Source: an uncultured bacterium
GTDB taxonomy: Bacteria > Auribacterota > Erginobacteria > Erginobacterales > Erginobacteraceae
Reading direction: 5' to 3'
DNA length: 64,000 nucleotides
Assembly: GCA_963822585.1 (NCBI GenBank)
Contig: CAWGIE010000047.1
Span: 145,896 to 209,895, forward strand
Made by a program: the position numbers and the translations under genes. Below, one piece after another: positions 1 through 9,284 of the stretch. The notes beneath the pieces were generated by a model, which did no database searches, was not told where the DNA came from, and saw nothing but the letters and a program-made list of their open reading frames with translations. How positions within the stretch are numbered: the first letter of the stretch is position 1; every line of letters begins with the position of its first letter.

Positions 1-2
1 AA

Positions 3-590
3 ATCGTCAATGACGGGAACAATTCCGATCGTTACGGGCTCTCCATTCAATGCGGCAGCGATGCCGGGGTCGGGACCAACTGGCTGATCGGATTCTTCGA
101 CGGCGACGAGACCGCGGTCGGGGGGATCAGCTTTACCGGCGGGACCGTCACCTATGGAACATTCACGGCCGATCATGAGGCCTCCATCCCCCCGGCAGCC
201 AATGAAAAGGGCTATCCCTACGGGACCGTCGTCATCCTGAAGAGCATCCGTTTCGACCCGGACCGGCCGCGCCAGGTTGAATACGAGGTCGAGCCCTGCC
301 GGACCGCCCGGGACAAGACGGTCTTCGGCATCTACGCCGGAAAGCAGGAAAACCGGGAGAACCGCCATTCGATATATACCGGTGGGGACGGCCAGATCCT
401 GGTCACGACGGAGGGCGGGAACATCGAAGCCGGGGATTACCTCACCACGTCGAACAGGGAAGGGCAGGCGATGAGACAGGATGACGATCTCCTCCACGGC
501 TACACCGTGGCCAAGGCCCTGGAGTCCGTCGACTGGGAGAAAGAGGGAAAAGAAAGCAAGCTGATCGCCTGTACCTATCACGCCCAGTAA
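3..590 (+). CDS. 5'-partial protein whose C-terminus resembles phage tail-fibre/tailspike autoproteolytic chaperone domains
   Basis: Frame 3 is open from the window start to TAA at 588-590 (not in the ORF track); ...TFTADH...GDGQILVTTEGGNIEAGDYLTTS..G.AMRQDDDLLHGYTVAKA...IACTYHAQ. Confidence 0.7.
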   Translation: MVNDGNNSDRYGLSIQCGSDAGVGTNWLIGFFDGDETAVGGISFTGGTVTYGTFTADHEASIPPAANEKGYPYGTVVILKSIRFDPDRPRQVEYEVEPCRTARDKTVFGIYAGKQENRENRHSIYTGGDGQILVTTEGGNIEAGDYLTTSNREGQAMRQDDDLLHGYTVAKALESVDWEKEGKESKLIACTYHAQ

Positions 591-644
591 GGTTTTACGG
601 ATCGGGCTACGATGACTTTCAGACTCCCGTTAGGCGAAGAGTGG

Positions 645-719
645 AGACTGCTTCGTCCAGCCGCCGTCGCCTTCGGCTGCTCTGGCGGAGGTGGCTCGCT
701 TTGCTCCTCGCAGTGACAT
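645..719. repeat. REP-like GACTGCTTCGTC...CTCCTCGCAGTGAC element with a nested hairpin
   Basis: Recognisable ends of a common bacterial palindromic repeat, interrupted by CCGCC...GGCGG; only one copy in the window. Confidence 0.4.
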
Positions 720-746
720 GACAACACGAGTAGGGACTCAATAATC

Positions 747-1784
747 ATGAGGAGGTCGATGATGAGATGGATCGCGATCCCGTTTTTGGCGTCATTGCTG
801 GTATCCTGGCCGGCCGGCGCGGATCAGATTTCGGGAGAAGACCCGGCGAAAGGCATGGACGAGTTGCAGTGGCAGTCGAATTTTTCCCGTAAGATTCACC
901 AGCTGTTCCTGGAAAAAAATTTCGCGGAACTCGATCGGATCGCCGAAAACTGCTGGAAAGGGGCGCGCACCCCCTCGGGGATCTGGCAACTGGACATTTT
1001 CTATGACGGGATTTACCTGGGCGGGAATAAAAACCGGGATAGCTACTGGGAAACATATCTGGGCCGGTTCCGGGAGTGGAGAGAGCAGCAGCCGCATTCC
1101 GTCACCGCCCTGATCGGTCTGGCCCAAGCCTGGATCGAATACGCCTGGCAGGCCCGCGGCACCGGCTGGGCGAGTTCGGTGACCGAGACCGGGTGGCAGC
1201 TATTCCACGAGCGGCTGGAGAGGTCCCAACGGATCATGGTTGAAAACGCCAAGGAATGCATGGCGTCTCCCCGCTGGTACAGTCAAATGCTTTTGCTGGC
1301 GCGGGCGCAGGAAGCGGGCAGATCCAAGGCCTGGGACTTGCTGAGGGCGTCCGCCCGCGCTTTTCCCGATTATTTCGAATCGTATTTCAAGATGGCGGCC
1401 TTTTGCCAGCCTCGCTGGGGCGGACTGCCGGGGGAATGGGAAAACATGGCGAGCTGGGCAGAGAAAAACGCCGGCGGCGACCGGGGAAAGGAGATTTACA
1501 CCCGGATCTGCTGGGTAATGTGGTCATGGGAAAAGGACGAGGCTTTTCTCAGCCCGCAAGCCAAGGTAAACTGGGATAAGATGAAGGCGGGGTTCGAGGT
1601 GATGGAAAAAGAATATCCCGATTCGGCCTGGAACCGCACCGCCTTTTGTTATTTTGCCTGGCTTTTCCGGGACCGTCCGGTCGTGCTCGCGCTGCTGCCC
1701 GGCCTTGAGCGTCGCCTGGCCTTTGAGTTCTGGCGTGACCGGACGAGCCTGGCGAAAACCCAGGCCTGGGCCGAGAAGCCCTGA
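747..1784 (+). CDS. Secreted DUF4034-like protein
   Basis: Signal peptide; AWQARGTGWASSVTETGWQLFHERLE and PRWGG motifs typical of DUF4034. Confidence 0.75.
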   Translation: MRRSMMRWIAIPFLASLLVSWPAGADQISGEDPAKGMDELQWQSNFSRKIHQLFLEKNFAELDRIAENCWKGARTPSGIWQLDIFYDGIYLGGNKNRDSYWETYLGRFREWREQQPHSVTALIGLAQAWIEYAWQARGTGWASSVTETGWQLFHERLERSQRIMVENAKECMASPRWYSQMLLLARAQEAGRSKAWDLLRASARAFPDYFESYFKMAAFCQPRWGGLPGEWENMASWAEKNAGGDRGKEIYTRICWVMWSWEKDEAFLSPQAKVNWDKMKAGFEVMEKEYPDSAWNRTAFCYFAWLFRDRPVVLALLPGLERRLAFEFWRDRTSLAKTQAWAEKP

Positions 1785-1817
1785 CCGGTTTTCCCCGCCC
1801 TGGCCGGCGGAGCCCGG

Positions 1818-2044
1818 CGCACAGACAGGAATGTCTGTAGTGTTAGGGATAAGGGATAAGGGGTAAGGGTAAGGGAGCGTTTCCCCTTCGCCCTTACTTC
1901 ACGCTACCTCTCTTGAAACTCCTGAATAATAAATGAGCGAGCAGAGCTCGCTCATTTAACACAGACAGGAATGTCTGTGCTACTTAGGCGGTCACAGACA
2001 GGAATGTCTGTGTTACCTTGACTCATCGACAGGAATGTCTGTGC
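1818..2044. repeat. Composite intergenic module: REP + heptamer run + ATGAGCGAGC/GCTCGCTCAT palindrome + 2-3 REPs
   Basis: CACAGACA-GGAA-TGTCTGT hairpins at about 1820, 1960, 1994 and 2025 (degenerate); palindrome at about 1930-1958; same layout at 12646 and 19069. Confidence 0.85.
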
Positions 2045-2143
2045 CGGAAAAGCGGCTTTCAGATCATCACGAGAAATAAAAACAAGGCGCCCGCGACGGG
2101 GGCGGAAGATTCCGGCTCCCCGGCGCGGGCGCCTTTCTACCGC

Positions 2144-2500
2144 TTACCGGTAAACGGGGACATAGTAAAGGGGACGGGGATAAACCGGCGGCGGAGGTGG
2201 CGGCGGTGGCGGTTGATAGACGTAGACAGGTGGCGGCGGAGGGGGCGGCGGCGCCTGATAGACGTAGACGGGAGCGGCCGGCTGGTTGCAGTCGCTGAAG
2301 GCGGCGGCGATCAGACCCGCGCCCAAAACCCCGGCGCAGACCGCGCCGAACGTGTCCCAGCTGTTCCAACTGCCGTGGCCGCCGCCCTGGTGACCCCGAT
2401 TGTATCCGCGGCTGTAACCGCGATGCCCCCCGGCGTAGACCATCTGCCCGCAGGCCAGGACCATCAACCCGATCATGCATGCTCCAATCAGCCTTTTCAT
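2144..2500 (-). CDS. Small secreted/membrane Gly- and Pro-rich protein
   Basis: AAAGGAGG RBS before ATG at 2500; signal peptide, glycine-zipper-like helix, VYVYQPPPPPP repeats. Confidence 0.75.
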   Translation of the reverse strand: MKRLIGACMIGLMVLACGQMVYAGGHRGYSRGYNRGHQGGGHGSWNSWDTFGAVCAGVLGAGLIAAAFSDCNQPAAPVYVYQAPPPPPPPPVYVYQPPPPPPPPPVYPRPLYYVPVYR

Positions 2501-2673
2501 CAGATTACCTCCTTTGGTGTTTAGCTGATTGGACGCAAAACTTCCGCGAATATTCAATCCCCCTATCCAGGGCAAACCCTGGTCGACATCAGGGGGGCGA
2601 AATAGGCCGGGCAATGATGGGGACTTAGCCCTCGCGCAGTCTACCCCAATTTATCGGGGTTCGGGCAACTGAT

Positions 2674-2747
2674 TTAACCGCGGATTGCGCGGATTATGCT
2701 GATTAAAGGGAAAAACAATCCGCATAATCCGTTTAATCCGCGGTTTA
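2674..2747. repeat. Inverted nonamer repeat (CGCGGATT.../...AATCCGCG)
   Basis: Three 9-mers on each side forming an imperfect hairpin. Confidence 0.6.
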
Positions 2748-2859
2748 TTGTGCGCCAGAGGCGCACCCCGCTAGCTATCGGGGAAATTCCGAAGCGGCAA
2801 GATACAGCGCGTCGCGGGGCACGATTATCCCCCGGGATGCCGGTGTGACAGCTTTTTAA

Positions 2860-3054
2860 CTATTTCTTGCTGTACAAAAAAGTTATCACCGACAGAAGGA
2901 CGAAGGTATTGCCGATTAAAAGGACCGAACTCGCCTTCATCCGGGGAACAAGTCCCATCAGACTGACGCTGTTGTAGCCGATGATCCTGCCCAGAAACGC
3001 CGCCAGAATCCCCAGGACACCAATGACCAGCAAAATAGTAGACGCGTTTTTCAT
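2860..3054 (-). CDS. Small two-TM membrane protein
   Basis: AAAGGAGG RBS; two hydrophobic segments. Confidence 0.65.
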   Translation of the reverse strand: MKNASTILLVIGVLGILAAFLGRIIGYNSVSLMGLVPRMKASSVLLIGNTFVLLSVITFLYSKK

Positions 3055-3317
3055 ACGGCACCTCCTTTGTCAAATGATACCCTTCTTTTAAGAAATTTTT
3101 CAACGATAATTTTTATGAATAGTGCGGGCTGAAGCGGGTGGTTGTGATACCATAAAAAAACCGCCGACGATCGCGCGCCACCGTTTATCAGCCGCGGCCA
3201 CCGGAGGGGAGCTTCATCGTCCTTGTCCCGATTGACCGGCTCCGCCTTCCCGCCGGCGGAGAACATCATCGCGGTCATCTTCGGGGCGGAGGTGACGAGA
3301 TCGGTTCCGGGAAGAGC

Positions 3318-4265
3318 ATGAAGAAAGCCCGCAAAATCATCCTGGCCGCCGCCGTTCCGGTGGTCGCGCTGGTCCTCCTTGACCTCTCGGGTTTCTTCGA
3401 GCTTCATCTTCTCATCCTGCCCCAGAATCCGGATTTCATCTCCCTGGGGCGGGGATGCGGCCTCTGGGAATACAAGGGGTTTTATCGATGGCTGCCGCAG
3501 ACGGTCAGGGTGGTCCGGGTCGACCTTGCCGAGCCCGCCATCGAGGTGGAGGTGAACGGCCCCGGCCCGACCGATGAGGAGAGAATGCTGACGGCGCTCG
3601 CCTACCACCGGATGAAAAATGAAGCGCTGGCTCCTTTGGCCCGCTGTTCGGTCACCGTCAACGGCAACGTCTCCGGCGACATCAGCGCCGGCATCGTGCG
3701 TTCCTTCGCCGATCCGGCCCACCTGCTGATCCATGACTGGCCCCAGTACTGCTTCGGGGTAGAGGAACACTCCGGGAAAAGGAAGGCCTTCGTGCGGGAG
3801 ATGTATCTCCGGAAAGAAGAGGTGGGAAGAAAGGCCCCCTCCGGGGTGCGCTGCGCTCTCCTCTCCTGGCCCTATTACGCCTGGCCCCTGATTGAAAAGG
3901 GGAAGAACGCCTATCGGGAGGAGAGCCTTGATTTCGAGATCATCGACGAACGCCACCCCCGCACGATCGTGGGGACGGACGCGGAGGGACGTTTCGTCTA
4001 TCTGGCGGTCATGAAGGGGAGGGACCCGTTTCACGCCTTCGGCATGTCCTTCGCCGAGGCGGCGGACTTTCTTCTGGAGCACTTCCCGGAGATCTCCGAC
4101 GCGATCAACCTGGACGGGGGCTTCTCCAGCATCCTCGTCCTCGACCGGCCCGGGGGATTACGGGAGGTCTTCCCGGATAATCATGAGGACCGGAAGCTTC
4201 CCGATGTGGTGCAGGTGATCGAGACCGTCGCGCCCGCCCGGACGGGGATGTCCGTGCTGCCTTAG
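3318..4265 (+). CDS. Phosphodiester glycosidase (NAGPA-like) family protein
   Basis: HPRTIVG...GR...GMSFAEAADFL...AINLDGGFSS motifs; N-terminal TM helix. Confidence 0.75.
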   Translation: MKKARKIILAAAVPVVALVLLDLSGFFELHLLILPQNPDFISLGRGCGLWEYKGFYRWLPQTVRVVRVDLAEPAIEVEVNGPGPTDEERMLTALAYHRMKNEALAPLARCSVTVNGNVSGDISAGIVRSFADPAHLLIHDWPQYCFGVEEHSGKRKAFVREMYLRKEEVGRKAPSGVRCALLSWPYYAWPLIEKGKNAYREESLDFEIIDERHPRTIVGTDAEGRFVYLAVMKGRDPFHAFGMSFAEAADFLLEHFPEISDAINLDGGFSSILVLDRPGGLREVFPDNHEDRKLPDVVQVIETVAPARTGMSVLP

Positions 4266-4276
4266 ACTCCCTGGCG

Positions 4277-4545
4277 CACAGACAGGAATGTCTGTGCTAC
4301 CTTGGGCGAACACAGACAGGAATGTCTGTGCTACTTTGGGCGAACACAGACAGGAATGTCTGTGCTACTTTGGCGGCTACACAGACAGGAATGTCTGTGC
4401 TACTTTGGCGGCTACACAGACAGGAATGTCTGTGCTACTTTGGCGGCTACACAGACAGGAATGTCTGTGCTACTTTGGCGAACACAGACAGGAATGTCTG
4501 TGCTACTTTGGCGGACACAGACAAGAATGTCTGTGCTGCTTTGGG
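4277..4545. repeat. Tandem GTAG-family REP array, 8 units, 33-35 bp period
   Basis: Units CACAGACAGGAATGTCTGTGCTAC+9-11 nt at 4277, 4311, 4345, 4380, 4415, 4450, 4483 and 4516; the minus strand reads GTAG plus an 8-bp-stem hairpin. Confidence 0.95.
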
Positions 4546-4549
4546 CGGG

Positions 4550-4621
4550 ATGTCCGGGTTACAGAATTTGGGGGAATCGGACATTCTCGGGAGACTGGAG
4601 AATGGAGCCTTCCGTCGGGGA
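4550..4621 (-). pseudogene. Duplicated 3' end (20 codons + stop) of the radical SAM gene at 7190-8284
   Basis: 62/72 ungapped identity to 7181-7252; translates SPTEGSILQSPENVRFPQIL* versus SPAEESILRSPENIRFPHIL*. Confidence 0.9.
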
Positions 4622-4718
4622 TATTGTTTTCCCCTCGTCTCGGCCCCCGATTATCATCGGAGCCCTTCTCTCCCCGGTTAGAAAGAGTGTTCTTTATTCC
4701 TTCCCGGTGAATTTTGTT

Positions 4719-6473
4719 TTATCTGGTCGCCGGGATAACCCCCTCGCCGCCGTAGTAAGCACGAGTTATCCCCCGAACCGCCCAAAGCCCGGAAGATTCA
4801 TGGAAGATACCAATACTATCCACGCCGTCTCCGTCATAGTCGGCCGGGACCGGAGAATCGGAAGAAGATCCGAAGTAAACCCTGGTTATCCCTCTAATCG
4901 CCCACAGACCCGATGATGATCGGAAGATACCCGGACTCCAGTAACCCGAGTTATTATAGTCACCCGCGACCGGATCATCATTGCTGCTTCCAAAATAGAT
5001 CCGGCTCATGTTCCGGATCGCCCAGAGACCGGAGTTCCCGCGGAAGATAGCGATATCCTCGATCCCGTCGCAGTCATAGTAACCTGGCACCGGACGATCG
5101 CCGGCGGTACCGAAGTAAATGCGGGTAATCCCTTTTACCGCCCAGAGTCCCGAAGCACTCCGGAATATCCCGATGTTGCAGGCACTGGACGGATTGGAAC
5201 GGAACGGTACGGCATTGTCGGACGACATCCCGAAGTAAGTCCGGGTCACATTTCTGACTGCCCAGAGGGCGGAAGACTGGCGGAAGATTCCGATGTCGGT
5301 GGTCCCATCGGCATTGTAATCACCGGGTACCAACTCATCACCAGAAGATCCAAAATAAACTCGGGTAATATCCCTAATCGCCCAAAGTCCGCTGTCTTCG
5401 CGGAAAATAGCGATATCAGATGTTCCGTTACCGTCATAATCATTATGAATACAATGCGGGGGAAGAGAGGGTGAACCCAGATCAAAAATATCAAGGTGCT
5501 GGGCGCTGGCTAATATCAGCATCGAACCATCACCGTTAATGCAAAGTTTCTCTCCTTCGGTTTCAGTCTCAATAGTTCCCTCCCGAACCTGGGTTTCCGT
5601 ATTAAGGATTTTTATACTCGTATCATAAAAACTTCCACAAATTCCATAAGCCACGGTTCCGTCCGGTTGGTAGACCATATCATGAGGATAAGTTCCTATG
5701 TCATACTCTCCATCACGAGAAGCGAACTTATCTGAAAGGGCTTGAATATTATAAACAGTATATCCAGGACCATTCCCCCCGCCGACCATAAAAAGAATAT
5801 GATTTCCGTCCGGGCTGAGAGTGAGATTTTGACCGTTCGATCCCAGGGCTCCATGATCGCAACGGGTTTCCCGACTGATGACATCAGTAGAAATATCCCA
5901 TCGGCAAAGATTGCTCGGGCTCCATCCAACTACACCGGAATAAAGCTTGTTCCTGATTGAGTCCACTTCGATTAGCCGGGTATTGCTATCCCAGTTGTCT
6001 TCATGGACATCGATGATGGAACCATCGGATGAATTTACAATCACCAGAGCAGCATCATGGCCTGTATTAGCAGCAATATATATTCGGGTAGCGGTTGCCT
6101 CAATATCATAAGGGACATTACCGTTAAGGTCCCAGGTGGTTTCTATCGTCCAGTTCGCGGTATTTATGACCGCCAGAGAAGTCGCTCCGCTTTTAGCCAC
6201 ATAGAGCCTGGATCCGTCAGGGGATAAAGCCAGATCGCCCGGCTGGCTGGGAATGGTTAATTCCGTGAAATCTAAAGAACGAAGATTAAGTTTAATCACC
6301 CGAGCATTGGTTTTATCGCTGACGTATAAATAGCAGGCATTACCGGGGGCAACCATCCCTCCCACCTGGCCGCCGAGATCAAACGCTCTCTGGTCCCCGG
6401 ATGAGGATACTCCCGGAAAAACGATGGTCAGGGCCATCGTTAACACCAATGTCTCCCGCATTCTCTTCATCAT
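4719..6473 (-). CDS. Secreted YncE/YVTN-like beta-propeller protein with six-repeat C-terminal domain (ends PATR)
   Basis: Signal peptide; LALSPDGSRLYVA blades; 6x DYxGDGxxDIxIFRxSSGLWAIRxITRxYFG; visibly lower GC than its neighbours. Confidence 0.85.
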   Translation of the reverse strand: MMKRMRETLVLTMALTIVFPGVSSSGDQRAFDLGGQVGGMVAPGNACYLYVSDKTNARVIKLNLRSLDFTELTIPSQPGDLALSPDGSRLYVAKSGATSLAVINTANWTIETTWDLNGNVPYDIEATATRIYIAANTGHDAALVIVNSSDGSIIDVHEDNWDSNTRLIEVDSIRNKLYSGVVGWSPSNLCRWDISTDVISRETRCDHGALGSNGQNLTLSPDGNHILFMVGGGNGPGYTVYNIQALSDKFASRDGEYDIGTYPHDMVYQPDGTVAYGICGSFYDTSIKILNTETQVREGTIETETEGEKLCINGDGSMLILASAQHLDIFDLGSPSLPPHCIHNDYDGNGTSDIAIFREDSGLWAIRDITRVYFGSSGDELVPGDYNADGTTDIGIFRQSSALWAVRNVTRTYFGMSSDNAVPFRSNPSSACNIGIFRSASGLWAVKGITRIYFGTAGDRPVPGYYDCDGIEDIAIFRGNSGLWAIRNMSRIYFGSSNDDPVAGDYNNSGYWSPGIFRSSSGLWAIRGITRVYFGSSSDSPVPADYDGDGVDSIGIFHESSGLWAVRGITRAYYGGEGVIPATR

Positions 6474-6788
6474 AAAAGTACCCTCCGATATTATTTTTAC
6501 TCTACAAAAAATAGTATCATGCGCCGGAAACGTATCTCCCGTTTCAGAGTAAAGTTTTTGAAAAGCCCGACAGATACAGGGTATGATATTTATTAATTAT
6601 TGGCAAACATATTGTTACTAAATTGAGTTTTCAGGAGTCCGGACCACGATATCTTAATAAGTGGCAGGGGGGTGACTTAAAATTGCATGAAATGATGGGA
6701 CCGGCGGTATTGTGAGATCCTCACCCGGATCCCTCGGAGCTGGAGCAGGCAGAAGAGAAGAGGCCTTGAGAGTGCTCGCTTAGGGGCG

Positions 6789-7076
6789 CACAGACAGGAA
6801 TGTCTGTGCTACTTTGGCGGCTACACAGACAGGAATGTCTGTGCTACTTTGGCGAACACAGACAGGAATGTCTGTGCTACTTGGGCGAACACAGACAGGA
6901 ATGTCTGTGCTACTTGGGCGAACACAGACAGGAATGTCTGTGCTACTTTGGCGAACACAGACAGGAATGTCTGTGCTACTTTGGCGGACACAGACAGGAA
7001 TGTCTGTGCTACTTTGGCGGACACAGACAGGAATGTCTGTGCTACTTTGGCGGACACAGACAGGGAGGTCTGTCTC
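6789..7076. repeat. Tandem GTAG-family REP array, 8 units plus 1 degenerate
   Basis: Units at 6789, 6824, 6857, 6890, 6923, 6956, 6989, 7022 and 7055; followed by a GTGTAAA heptamer run at 7082-7115. Confidence 0.95.
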
Positions 7077-7189
7077 GCGCAGTGTAAAGTGTAAAGTGTA
7101 AGGTGTGCTGTGTAAGGAGAAGCTTCCCCGCTTCACCTCACGTTACGATAGAAGAAATGTTAATATATTAACTGACAGAAATGGCCGGG

Positions 7190-8284
7190 TTAGAGGATAT
7201 GGGGGAAGCGGATATTCTCGGGAGACCGGAGAATGGATTCTTCCGCCGGGGAAAGGCTCCGGGACCGTATTCTCTCGATAAAGTCGTTATAAAGAACACC
7301 CCGATGCCGGCTTCTCAAAGCGGGATAGGTCCCACTCTTTACCGTTTGAATATTTTCCATCCGGCTTTTGCGCCATAAAAAATCGTCCCCCCAGTCATTG
7401 GCCACGTCAGCCAGGACGTGCCGCGGCTGGTACTTCACTTCGGGGGCGAGGTAATTTAATCCGTCGGCGCCGATCACCAGCAGGAAATGAGCCGCGTGGT
7501 AACCGTCAAATTCCAGGGCGGTGTCTGTGTATCTGCTTTGAGAGACAAAGACCCGGAAGGCCTCCGCGGGCGACAACCGTTCCTGATACTCGCCGATTTC
7601 CCTGTACACGCCTTCCTGGTCGACCTGGGCCGGACACCCGGCGTCCCAACCGGTGCACCGGGGATGAAAATATATCCAATGAGCGCCGGCGTCCCGGACC
7701 GCCTGGGCCAGCTTGATCAGGATACCGGCCCGGTCCTTTGAAGTCAGGGCGCTGACCCCGATCTGCAGGGGGCTTTCGGCTTTCTCGATTTTCCCGCGCA
7801 GGTCCGCGATCCGTCTCAAAACCGTTTCGATCTCTCCCAGCGCTCCCTCCTCCCAGTCGTAGAGCGAGATCCGAAGAGTCGAGACGGAGGAGATGAGCGC
7901 GTCGATGACGGAATCCCGATGGAGGAGACTGCCGTTGGTGACGACGGCGATATCCTGGAAGCCGTACTTCCGGGCCAGCCGAACGACCGCGGGGAAATCG
8001 GGGGAAATGGTGGGTTCTCCCCCGGTCAGCAAAAGCCCCCGGGTCTCCCCCTGGAGGGCGGCCAGGAGGTTGGAAACGAATTTTAAACTGAGCTGATGGA
8101 AGTCCGAGCTCCGGCTGCTGGGGCAGTCGGGGCAGGTGCGGGTGCACTTGCTGGTGATATCCAGCTCCAGCGTAACCGGGAAGATCGGCTCTTGGCGGAG
8201 ATAGGAGAAGATCCTGGTTTTGTGGGCGGAAATTTTGTACGCCGAGGCGAGCTGAAACATCTGATTTGAATCATCCCGTTGCAT
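7190..8284 (-). CDS. Radical SAM protein
   Basis: CTRTCPDC and LTGGEPT motifs; ATG at 8284 chosen to avoid overlap with the upstream gene. Confidence 0.85.
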   Translation of the reverse strand: MQRDDSNQMFQLASAYKISAHKTRIFSYLRQEPIFPVTLELDITSKCTRTCPDCPSSRSSDFHQLSLKFVSNLLAALQGETRGLLLTGGEPTISPDFPAVVRLARKYGFQDIAVVTNGSLLHRDSVIDALISSVSTLRISLYDWEEGALGEIETVLRRIADLRGKIEKAESPLQIGVSALTSKDRAGILIKLAQAVRDAGAHWIYFHPRCTGWDAGCPAQVDQEGVYREIGEYQERLSPAEAFRVFVSQSRYTDTALEFDGYHAAHFLLVIGADGLNYLAPEVKYQPRHVLADVANDWGDDFLWRKSRMENIQTVKSGTYPALRSRHRGVLYNDFIERIRSRSLSPAEESILRSPENIRFPHIL

Positions 8285-8312
8285 AAAGAAAGCTTCCTTG
8301 GCCGGTATCGTA

Positions 8313-9227
8313 TCATTTAATATCCGGCAGCCCGATGGTTTTTCGCCAGCGGTTGATGAATTCGCCTTTTTTCCGATAACGGAGAACGAACCCCCATTCA
8401 TAGGGCACGAAGCCGAGCTTGAGGGCGATCGTCTTCAGCAGGTTCTTGGCGCCCGCGCGAAAATGAGACCGGATATCCAGCCGGGCCGCCGCGGCGGCCT
8501 GCGCCCGGGCGATTGCCGTCAATTCGGTCTCCAGGAAATCGGGCTCCCGGAGCATGCGCTCGAAGTAGAATTTGTTCTCTTCGTATTCCCGCCGGGCATA
8601 GACATCGGCCCGCCAACCCGATTGAATGGCGATGACCGTAACCCGGGGGAGGGAGATGATTTTTTTCCCTGCCTTCCATATCCGGAGGAGCAGGTCCTGT
8701 GACGGCTGCAGATAGCAATCGCGGGGATGCCGCCAGGGGCCGATCTCCTCCAGGACCTCCCGTTTCAGAAACCAGAGTGAGGCGGGGACGAAGGTGGGGG
8801 TGTAGGTATCTCCGGCCGGGACATTAAAAAGATGATTTGCGCCGCCCGGGCGGATGGCTATCCCCAGGGTGAAAACCATCTCCGCGCCGGTCTCCTCGAT
8901 CCCCCGCAGCGCGGTCCCGAGATGTTCCGGCATCCAGAGGTCGTCATGATTGAGATAGGCGATGTATCGACCGCGTGAGCGCCGGAAACCTTCGTTATTG
9001 GGCCCGGCCTGATCGCCGACGTTCTCCTCCAGGTTGTGAAACCGTATTCTCGGGTCCCGGAAAGAACGGACGACTTCCTCGGTGTCGTCCGTACAGGCGT
9101 CGCCGACGACAATGAGTTCCCAATCGGTGAACTTCGATCGCAACAAGCCGGCGATGGAGTAATAGAGAACGTTGCTCCGATTATACGTCGCCGTGATTAC
9201 TGAGATAAGGGGCGTATCAGACGCCAT
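8313..9227 (-). CDS. Glycosyltransferase family 2
   Basis: PLISVITATYNRS...ELIVVGDACTDDT...YIAYLNHDDLW. Confidence 0.9.
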   Translation of the reverse strand: MASDTPLISVITATYNRSNVLYYSIAGLLRSKFTDWELIVVGDACTDDTEEVVRSFRDPRIRFHNLEENVGDQAGPNNEGFRRSRGRYIAYLNHDDLWMPEHLGTALRGIEETGAEMVFTLGIAIRPGGANHLFNVPAGDTYTPTFVPASLWFLKREVLEEIGPWRHPRDCYLQPSQDLLLRIWKAGKKIISLPRVTVIAIQSGWRADVYARREYEENKFYFERMLREPDFLETELTAIARAQAAAAARLDIRSHFRAGAKNLLKTIALKLGFVPYEWGFVLRYRKKGEFINRWRKTIGLPDIK

Positions 9228-9284
9228 GACCGCTCTCCCCGCGTTCGCACCCCCGGAAATCCCGATCCGCCGCTTCTTCCGGCT

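Noticed and set aside
4288..4916. ORFs with TQTGMSVLL/HRQECLCY/TDRNVCAT repeats (also 6780-7136)
   Set aside because: Translations of the REP arrays in several frames, with no RBS or coding signal.
4277..7076. CRISPR arrays
   Set aside because: The linkers are only 9-11 nt and near-identical, there are no cas genes, and the same unit is dispersed singly as a REP.
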